Shown: in pieces, positions 54,001-64,000 of the stretch
Layout: each line of letters starts with the position of its first letter
Position numbering within the stretch: position 1 is the first letter of the stretch
Source: the human T2T-CHM13v2.0 reference genome, Homo sapiens
Reading direction: 5' to 3' (one strand)
NCBI RefSeq assembly: GCF_009914755.1
Contig: NC_060931.1
Length of the DNA stretch: 64,000 nucleotides
The notes under the pieces: model-generated
What the model was told of the DNA's origin: nothing
Database searches by the model: none
The model's input: the letters and a program-made list of their open reading frames with translations, nothing else
Program-made: the position numbers and the translations under genes

Positions 54001-57000
54001 GCTGTGGCATTTTCAGGTGGAGATTTCAAGCGATTTGAGGACAATTGCAGAAAAGGAAATATCTTCGTATAATAACCAGACAGAATCATTCTCAGAAAGT
54101 GCTTTGTGATGTGTGCGTTCAACTCACAGAGTTTAACCTTTCTTTTCATAGAGGAGTTTGGAAACACACTGTTTGTAAAGTCTGCAAGTGGATACATGGA
54201 CCTGTTTGAGGCCTTCGTTGGAAACGGGATTTCTTCATTGAATGCTAGACGGAAGAATTCTCAGTAAATTCTTTGTGTTGTGTGCATTCAACTCACAGAG
54301 TGGAACGTCCCTTTAGACAGAGCAGATTTGAAACACTCTTTTTGCGGAATTTGCAAGTGGAGATTTCTAGCCATTTGATGCCAACAGTAGAAAGGGAAAT
54401 ATCTTCAAATAAAAACCAGACAGAATCATTCTCAGAAAATTCTTTGTGATGTGTGCGTTCAACTCACATAGTTTAACCTTTCTTTTCATAGAGCAGTTTG
54501 GAAACACTCTGTTTGTAAAGTCTGCAAGTGGATATATGGACCGCATTGAGGCCTTCGTTGGAAACGGGATTTCTTCATTTCATGCTAGACAGAAGAATTC
54601 TCAGTAACTTCTTTGTGCTGTGTGTATTCAACTCACAGAGTGGAACGTCCCTTTGCACAGAGCAGATTTGAAACACTCTTTTTGTGGAGTTTGCAAGTGG
54701 AGATTTCAAGCGATTTGATGCCAACAGTAGAAAAGGAAATATCTTCAAATAAAAACTAGACAGAATCATTCTCAGAAACTACTTTGTGATGTGTGCCTTC
54801 AACTCACAGAGTTCAACCTTTCTTTTCTTAGAGCAGTTTAGAAACACTCTGCTTGTTATGTCTGCAAGTGGATATTTGGACCTCTTTGAGGCCTTCGTTG
54901 CAAACGGGGTTTCTTCCTTTCATGCTAGACTAAGAAGAGTTCTCAGTAACTTTTTTGTGTTGTGTGTATTCAACTCACAGAGTTGAACCTTGCTTTAGAG
55001 AGAGCAGATTTGAAACACTCTTGCTGTGGCATTTTCAGGTGGAGATTTCAAGCGATTTGAGGACAATTGCAGAAAAGGAAATATCTTCGTATAATAACCA
55101 GACAGAATCATTCTCAGAAAGTGCTTTGTGATGTGTGCGTTCAACTCACAGAGTTTAACCTTTCTTTTCATAGAGGAGTTTGGAAACACACTGTTTGTAA
55201 AGTCTGCAAGTGGATACATGGACCTGTTTGAGGCCTTCGTTGGAAACGGGATTTCTTCATTGAATGCTAGACGGAAGAATTCTCAGTAAATTCTTTGTGT
55301 TGTGTGCATTCAACTCACAGAGTGGAACGTCCCTTTAGACAGAGCAGATTTGAAACACTCTTTTTGCGGAATTTGCAAGTGGAGATTTCTAGCCATTTGA
55401 TGCCAACAGTAGAAAGGGAAATATCTTCAATTAAAAACCAGACAGAATCATTCTCAGAAAATTCTTTGTGATGTGTGCGTTCAACTCACATAGTTTAACC
55501 TTTCTTTTCATAGAGCAGTTTGGAAACACTCTGTTTGTAAAGTCTGCAAGTGGATATATGGACCGCATTGAGGCCTTCGTTGGAAACGGGATTTCTTCAT
55601 TTCATGCTAGACAGAAGAATTCTCAGTAACTTCTTTGTGCTGTGTGTATTCAACTCACAGAGTGGAACGTCCCTTTGCACAGAGCAGATTTGAAACACTC
55701 TTTTTGTGGAGTTTGCAAGTGGAGATTTCAAGCGATTTGATGCCAACAGTAGAAAAGGAAATATCTTCAAATAAAAACTAGACAGAATCATTCTCAGAAA
55801 CTACTTTGTGATGTGTGCCTTCAACTCACAGAGTTTAACCTTTCTTTTCTTAGAGCAGTTTAGAAACACTCTGCTTGTTATGTCTGCAAGCGGATATTTG
55901 GACCTCTTTGAGGCCTTCGTTGCAAACGGGGTTTCTTCCTTTCATGCTAGACTAAGAAGAGTTCTCAGTAACTTTTTTGTGTTGTGTGTATTCAACTCAC
56001 AGAGTTGAACCTTGCTTTAGAGAGAGCAGATTTGAAACACTCTTGCTGTGGCATTTTCAGGTGGAGATTTCAAGCGATTTGAGGACAATTGCAGAAAAGG
56101 AAATATCTTCGTATAATAACCAGACAGAATCATTCTCAGAAAGTGCTTTGTGATGTGTGCGTTCAACTCACAGAGTTTAACCTTTCTTTTCATAGAGGAG
56201 TTTGGAAACACACTGTTTGTAAAGTCTGCAAGTGGATATATGGACCTGTTTGAGGCCTTCGTTGGAAACGGGATTTCTTCATTGAATGCTAGACGGAAGA
56301 ATTCTCAGTAAATTCTTTGTGTTGTGTGCATTCAACTCACAGAGTGGAACGTCCCTTTAGACAGAGCAGATTTGAAACACTCTTTTTGCGGAATTTGCAA
56401 GTGGAGATTTCTAGCCATTTGATGCCAACAGTAGAAAGGGAAATATCTTCAAATAAAAACCAGACAGAATCATTCTCAGAAAATTCTTTGTGATGTGTGC
56501 GTTCAACTCACATAGTTTAACCTTTCTTTTCATAGAGCAGTTTGGAAACACTCTGTTTGTAAAGTCTGCAAGTGGATATATGGACCGCATTGAGGCCTTC
56601 GTTGGAAACGGGATTTCTTCATTTCATGCTAGACAGAAGAATTCTCAGTAACTTCTTTGTGCTGTGTGTATTCAACTCACAGAGTGGAACGTCCCTTTGC
56701 ACAGAGGAGATTTGAAACACTCTTTTTGTGGAGTTTGCAAGTGGAGATTTCAAGCGATTTGATGCCAACAGTAGAAAAGGAAATATCTTCAAATAAAAAC
56801 TAGACAGAATCATTCTCAGAAACTACTTTGTGATGTGTGCCTTCAACTCACAGTGTTTAACCTTTCTTTTCTTAGAGCAGTTTAGAAACACTCTGCTTGT
56901 TATGTCTGCAAGTGGATATTTGGACCTCTTTGAGGCCTTCGTTGCAAACGGGGTTTCTTCCTTTCATGCTAGACTAAGAAGAGTTCTCAGTAACTTTTTT

Positions 57001-60000
57001 GTGTTGTGTGTATTCAACTCACAGAGTTGAACCTTGCTTTAGAGAGAGCAGATTTGAAACACTCTTGCTGTGGCATTTTCAGGTGGAGATTTCAAGCGAT
57101 TTGAGGACAATTGCAGAAAAGGAAATATCTTCGTATAATAACCAGACAGAATCATTCTCAGAAAGTGCTTTGTGATGTGTGCGTTCAACTCACAGAGTTT
57201 AACCTTTCTTTTCATAGAGGAGTTTGGAAACACACTGTTTGTAAAGTCTGCAAGTGGATATATGGACCTGTTTGAGGCCTTCGTTGGAAACGGGATTTCT
57301 TCATTGAATGCTAGACGGAAGAATTCTCAGTAAATTCTTTGTGTTGTGTGCATTCAACTCACAGAGTGGAACGTCCCTTTAGACAGAGCAGATTTGAAAC
57401 ACTCTTTTTGCGGAATTTGCAAGTGGAGATTTCTAGCCATTTGATGCCAACAGTAGAAAGGGAAATATCTTCAAATAAAAACCAGACAGAATCATTCTCA
57501 GAAAATTCTTTGTGATGTGTGCGTTCAACTCACATAGTTTAACCTTTCTTTTCATAGAGCAGTTTGGAAACACTCTGTTTGTAAAGTCTGCAAGTGGATA
57601 TATGGACCGCATTGAGGCCTTCGTTGGAAACGGGATTTCTTCATTTCATGCTAGACAGAAGAATTCTCAGTAACTTCTTTGTGCTGTGTGTATTCAACTC
57701 ACAGAGTGGAACGTCCCTTTGCACAGAGCAGATTTGAAACACTCTTTTTGTGGAGTTTGCAAGTGGAGATTTCAAGCGATTTGATGCCAACAGTAGAAAA
57801 GGAAATATCTTCAAATAAAAACTAGACAGAATCATTCTCAGAAACTACTTTGTGATGTGTGCCTTCAACTCACAGAGTTCAACCTTTCTTTTCTTAGAGC
57901 AGTTTAGAAACACTCTGCTTGTTATGTCTGCAAGTGGATATTTGGACCTCTCTGAGGCCTTCGTTGCAAACGGGGTTTCTTCCTTTCATGCTAGACTAAG
58001 AAGAGTTCTCAGTAACTTTTTTGTGTTGTGTGTATTCAACTCACAGAGTTGAACCTTGCTTTAGAGAGAGCAGATTTGAAACACTCTTGCTGTGGCATTT
58101 TCAGGTGGAGATTTCAAGCGATTTGAGGACAATTGCAGAAAAGGAAATATCTTCGTATAATAACCAGACAGAATCATTCTCAGAAAGTGCTTTGTGATGT
58201 GTGCGTTCAACTCACAGAGTTTAACCTTTCTTTTCATAGAGGAGTTTGGAAACACACTGTTTGTAAAGTCTGCAAGTGGATATATGGACCTGTTTGAGGC
58301 CTTCGTTGGAAACGGGATTTCTTCATTGAATGCTAGACGGAAGAATTCTCAGTAAATTCTTTGTGTTGTGTGCATTCAACTCACAGAGTGGAACGTCCCT
58401 TTAGACAGAGGAGATTTGAAACACTCTTTTTGCGGAATTTGCAAGTGGAGATTTCTAGCCATTTGATGCCAACAGTAGAAAGGGAAATATCTTCAAATAA
58501 AAACCAGACAGAATCATTCTCAGAAAATTCTTTGTGATGTGTGCGTTCAACTCACATAGTTTAACCTTTCTTTTCATAGAGCAGTTTGGAAACACTCTGT
58601 TTGTAAAGTCTGCAAGTGGATATATGGACCGCATTGAGGCCTTCGTTGGAAACGGGATTTCTTCATTTCATGCTAGACAGAAGAATTCTCAGTAACTTCT
58701 TTGTGCTGTGTGTATTCAACTCACAGAGTGGAACGTCCCTTTGCACAGAGCAGATTTGAAACACTCTTTTTGTGGAGTTTGCCAGTGGAGATTTCAAGCG
58801 ATTTGATGCCAACAGTAGAAAAGGAAATATCTTCAAATAAAAACTAGACAGAATCATTCTCAGAAACTACTTTGTGATGTGTGCCTTCAACTCACAGAGT
58901 TCAACCTTTCTTTTCTTAGAGCAGTTTAGAAACACTCTGCTTGTTATGTCTGCAAGTGGATATTTGGACCTCTTTGAGGCCTTCGTTGCAAACGGGGTTT
59001 CTTCCTTTCATGCTAGACTAAGAAGAGTTCTCAGTAACTTTTTTGTGTTGTGTGTATTCAACTCACAGAGTTGAACCTTGCTTTAGAGAGAGCAGATTTG
59101 AAACACTCTTGTTGTGGCATTTTCAGGTGGAGATTTCAAGCGATTTGAGGACAATTGCAGAAAAGGAAATATCTTCGTATAATAACCAGACAGAATCATT
59201 CTCAGAAAGTGCTTTGTGATGTGTGCGTTCAACTCACAGAGTTTAACCTTTCTTTTCATAGAGGAGTTTGGAAACACACTGTTTGTAAAGTCTGCAAGTG
59301 GATACATGGACCTGTTTGAGGCCTTCGTTGGAAACGGGATTTCTTCATTGAATGCTAGACGGAAGAATTCTCAGTAAATTCTTTGTGTTGTGTGCATTCA
59401 ACTCACAGAGTGGAACGTCCCTTTAGACACAGCAGATTTGAAACACTCTTTTTGCGGAATTTGCAAGTGGAGATTTCTAGCCATTTGATGCCAACAGTAG
59501 AAAGGGAAATATCTTCAAATAAAAACCAGACAGAATCATTCTCAGAAAATTCTTTGTGATGTGTGCGTTCAACTCACATAGTTTAACCTTTCTTTTCATA
59601 GAGCAGTTTGGAAACACTCTGTTTGTAAAGTCTGCAAGTGGATATATGGACCGCATTGAGGCCTTCGTTGGAAACGGGATTTCTTCATTTCATGCTAGAC
59701 AGAAGAATTCTCAGTAACTTCTTTGTGCTGTGTGTATTCAACTCACAGAGTGGAACGTCCCTTTGCACAGAGCAGATTTGAAACACTCTTTTTGTGGAGT
59801 TTGCAAGTGGAGATTTCAAGCGCTTTGATGCCAACAGTAGAAAAGGAAATATCTTCAAATAAAAACTAGACAGAATCATTCTCAGAAACTACTTTGTGAT
59901 GTGTGCCTTCAACTCACAGAGTTCAACCTTTCTTTTCTTAGAGCAGTTTAGAAACACTCTGCTTGTTATGTCTGCAAGTGGATATTTGGACCTCTTTGAG

Positions 60001-63000
60001 GCCTTCGTTGCAAACGGGGTTTCTTCCTTTCATGCTAGACTAAGAAGAGTTCTCAGTAACTTTTTTGTGTTGTGTGTATTCAACTCACAGAGTTGAACCT
60101 TGCTTTAGAGAGAGCAGATTTGAAACACTCTTGCTGTGGCATTTTCAGGTGGAGATTTCAAGCGATTTGAGGACAATTGCAGAAAAGGAAATATCTTCGT
60201 ATAATAACCAGACAGAATCATTCTCAGAAAGTGCTTTGTGATGTGTGCGTTCAACTCACAGAGTTTAACCTTTCTTTTCATAGAGGAGTTTGGAAACACA
60301 CTGTTTGTAAAGTCTGCAAGTGGATACATGGACCTGTTTGAGGCCTTCGTTGGAAACGGGATTTCTTCATTGAATGCTAGACGGAAGAATTCTCAGTAAA
60401 TTCTTTGTGTTGTGTGCATTCAACTCACAGAGTGGAACGTCCCTTTAGACAGAGCAGATTTGAAACACTCTTTTTGCGGAATTTGCAAGTGGAGATTTCT
60501 AGCCATTTGATGCCAACAGTAGAAAGGGAAATATCTTCAAATAAAAACCAGACAGAATCATTCTCAGAAAATTCTTTGTGATGTGTGCGTTCAACTCACA
60601 TAGTTTAACCTTTCTTTTCATAGAGCAGTTTGGAAACACTCTGTTTGTAAAGTCTGCAAGTGGATATATGGACCGCATTGAGGCCTTCGTTGGAAACGGG
60701 ATTTCTTCATTTCATGCTAGACAGAAGAATTCTCAGTAACTTCTTTGTGCTGTGTGTATTCAACTCACAGAGTGGAACGTCCCTTTGCACAGAGCAGATT
60801 TGAAACACTCTTTTTGTGGAGTTTGCAAGTGGAGATTTCAAGCGATTTGATGCCAACAGTAGAAAAGGAAATATCTTCAAATAAAAACTAGACAGAATCA
60901 TTCTCAGAAACTACTTTGTGATGTGTGCCTTCAACTCACAGAGTTCAACCTTTCTTTTCTTAGAGCAGTTTAGAAACACTCTGCTTGTTATGTCTGCAAG
61001 TGGATATTTGGACCTCTTTGAGGCCTTCGTTGCAAACGGGGTTTCTTCCTTTCATGCTAGACTAAGAAGAGTTCTCAGTAACTTTTTTGTGTTGTGTGTA
61101 TTCAACTCACAGAGTTGAACCTTGCTTTAGAGAGAGCAGATTTGAAACACTCTTGCTGTGGCATTTTCAGGTGGAGATTTCAAGCGATTTGTGGACAATT
61201 GCAGAAAAGGAAATATCTTCGTATAATAACCAGACAGAATCATTCTCAGAAAGTGCTTTGTGATGTGTGCGTTCAACTCACAGAGTTTAACCTTTCTTTT
61301 CATAGAGGAGTTTGGAAACACACTGTTTGTAAAGACTGCAAGTGGATATATGGACCTGTTTGAGGCCTTCGTTGGAAACGGGATTTCTTCATTGAATGCT
61401 AGACGGAAGAATTCTCAGTAAATTCTTTGTGTTGTGTGCATTCAACTCACAGAGTGGAACGTCCCTTTAGACACAGCAGATTTGAAACACTCTTTTTGCG
61501 GAATTTGCAAGTGGAGATTTCTAGCCATTTGATGCCAACAGTAGAAAGGGAAATATCTTCAAATAAAAACCAGACAGAATCATTCTCAGAAAATTCTTTG
61601 TGATGTGTGCGTTCAACTCACATAGTTTAACCTTTCTTTTCATAGAGCAGTTTGGAAACACTCTGTTTGTAAAGTCTGCAAGTGGATATATGGACCGCAT
61701 TGAGGCCTTCGTTGGAAACGGGATTTCTTCATTTCATGCTAGACAGAAGAATTCTCAGTAACTTCTTTGTGCTGTGTGTATTCAACTCACAGAGTGGAAC
61801 GTCCCTTTGCACAGAGCAGATTTGAAACACTCTTTTTGTGGAGTTTGCAAGTGGAGATTTCAAGCGATTTGATGCCAACAGTAGAAAAGGAAATATCTTC
61901 AAATAAAAACTAGACAGAATCATTCTCAGAAACTACTTTGTGATGTGTGCCTTCAACTCACAGAGTTCAACCTTTCTTTTCTTAGAGCAGTTTAGAAACA
62001 CTCTGCTTGTTATGTCTGCAAGTGGATATTTGGACCTCTTTGAGGCCTTCGTTGCAAACGGGGTTTCTTCCTTTCATGCTAGACTAAGATGAGTTCTCAG
62101 TAACTTTTTTGTGTTGTGTGTATTCAACTCACAGAGTTGAACCTTGCTTTAGAGAGAGCAGATTTGAAACACTCTTGCTGTGGCATTTTCAGGTGGAGAT
62201 TTCAAGCGATTTGAGGACAATTGCAGAAAAGGAAATATCTTCGTATAATAACCAGACAGAATCATTCTCAGAAAGTGCTTTGTGATGTGTGCGTTCAACT
62301 CACAGAGTTTAACCTTTCTTTTCATAGAGGAGTTTGGAAACACACTGTTTGTAAAGTCTGCAAGTGGATACATGGACCTGTTTGAGGCCTTCGTTGGAAA
62401 CGGGATTTCTTCATTGAATGCTAGACGGAAGAATTCTCAGTAAATTCTTTGTGTTGTGTGCATTCAACTCACAGAGTGGAACGTCCCTTTAGACAGAGCA
62501 GATTTGAAACACTCTTTTTGCGGAATTTGCAAGTGGAGATTTCTAGCCATTTGATGCCAACAGTAGAAAGGGAAATATCTTCAAATAAAAACCAGACAGA
62601 ATCATTCTCAGAAAATTCTTTGTGATGTGTGCGTTCAACTCACATAGTTTAACCTTTCTTTTCATAGAGCAGTTTGGAAACACTCTGTTTGTAAAGTCTG
62701 CAAGTGGATATATGGACCGCATTGAGGCCTTCGTTGGAAACGGGATTTCTTCATTTCATGCTAGACAGAAGAATTCTCAGTAACTTCTTTGTGCTGTGTG
62801 TATTCAACTCACAGAGTGGAACGTCCCTTTGCACAGAGCAGATTTGAAACACTCTTTTTGTGGAGTTTGCAAGTGGAGATTTCAAGCGATTTGATGCCAA
62901 CAGTAGAAAAGGAAATATCTTCAAATAAAAACTAGACAGAATCATTCTCAGAAACTACTTTGTGATGTGTGCCTTCAACTCACAGAGTTCAACCTTTCTT

Positions 63001-64000
63001 TTCTTAGAGCAGTTTAGAAACACTCTGCTTGTTATGTCTGCAAGTGGATATTTGGACCTCTTTGAGGCCTTCGTTGCAAACGGGGTTTCTTCCTTTCATG
63101 CTAGACTAAGAAGAGTTCTCAGTAACTTTTTTGTGTTGTGTGTATTCAACTCACAGAGTTGAACCTTGCTTTAGAGAGAGCAGATTTGAAACACTCTTGC
63201 TGTGGCATTTTCAGGTGGAGATTTCAAGCGATTTGAGGACAATTGCAGAAAAGGAAATATCTTCGTATAATAACCAGACAGAATCATTCTCAGAAAGTGC
63301 TTTGTGATGTGTGCGTTCAACTCACAGAGTTTAACCTTTCTTTTCATAGAGGAGTTTGGAAACACACTGTTTGTAAAGTCTGCAAGTGGATACATGGACC
63401 TGTTTGAGGCCTTCGTTGGAAACGGGATTTCTTCATTGAATGCTAGACGGAAGAATTCTCAGTAAATTCTTTGTGTTGTGTGCATTCAACTCACAGAGTG
63501 GAACGTCCCTTTAGACAGAGCAGATTTGAAACACTCTTTTTGCGGAATTTGCAAGTGGAGATTTCTAGCCATTTGATGCCAACAGTAGAAAGGGAAATAT
63601 CTTCAAATAAAAACCAGACAGAATCATTCTCAGAAAATTCTTTGTGATGTGTGCGTTCAACTCACATAGTTTAACCTTTCTTTTCATAGAGCAGTTTGGA
63701 AACACTCTGTTTGTAAAGTCTGCAAGTGGATATATGGACCGCATTGAGGCCTTCGTTGGAAACGGGATTTCTTCATTTCATGCTAGACAGAAGAATTCTC
63801 AGTAACTTCTTTGTGCTGTGTGTATTCAACTCACAGAGTGGAACGTCCCTTTGCACAGAGCAGATTTGAAACACTCTTTTTGTGGAGTTTGCAAGTGGAG
63901 ATTTCAAGCGATTTGATGCCAACAGTAGAAAAGGAAATATCTTCAAATAAAAACTAGACAGAATCATTCTCAGAAACTACTTTGTGATGTGTGCCTTCAA

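Larger units (their letters stand above)
1..64000 (+). repeat. Alpha-satellite HOR array, 1022-bp 6-monomer unit, SF1-type dimeric organisation, extends beyond both window edges
   Basis: Alphoid motifs (ttctcagaaa, ttcaactcacagag, ttgaaacactc, gcaagtgga) recur every 169-171 bp: ttctcag at 103, 274, 443, 614, 785, 956, 1125. Near-identical sequence recurs every 1022 bp (ORF anchors 420, 1442, 2464 ... 63773). CENP-B boxes lie in alternate monomers. Confidence 0.99.

Noticed and set aside
420-63967. About 180 short ORFs (63-89 aa) in three main repeated families
   Set aside because: They are chance open frames in satellite DNA that repeat with the HOR. They resemble each other only because monomers are homologous, open or close with random SNVs, often use non-ATG starts, and show no recognisable domain.
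1-64000. CRISPR-like or other repeat-spacer array
   Set aside because: There are no unique spacers; the entire unit is repeated, and there are no cas or other genes.
1-64000. L1/Alu insertion, inversion or foreign sequence hidden in the array
   Set aside because: ORF-anchor spacing is fully explained by 1022, 1021, 1020 and 1022+682 steps with constant strand, leaving no room for an insertion or inversion.

Overview
The whole window is one uninterrupted, single-orientation primate (almost certainly human) centromeric alpha-satellite higher-order repeat (HOR) array. The basic unit is a 1022-bp hexamer of ~171-bp monomers (171+169+171+171+171+169), with a CENP-B box in every second monomer, i.e. 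the suprachromosomal family 1 (SF1) dimeric pattern. Size and EcoRI pattern (340 + 682 bp) best fit the chromosome 7 array D7Z1, but I cannot confirm that without alignment. There are about 60 hexamer copies plus three 682-bp tetramer variants. I see no genes, RNA genes, transposon insertions, inversions or CRISPR arrays; the ORF track is an artefact of the repeat. I found no convincing new biological system. The informative signal is in the rare variants. They show nested duplications (periods 1020, 2044, 3748, 4088, 6132, 7836, 8176 and ~24180 bp) and a single-origin tetramer with a mosaic junction. They also show identical mutations at equivalent positions of different monomers, tight mutation clusters, a transversion-rich spectrum with no CpG decay seen, and only one CENP-B core mutation. 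All variant calls were made by eye and may be incomplete.
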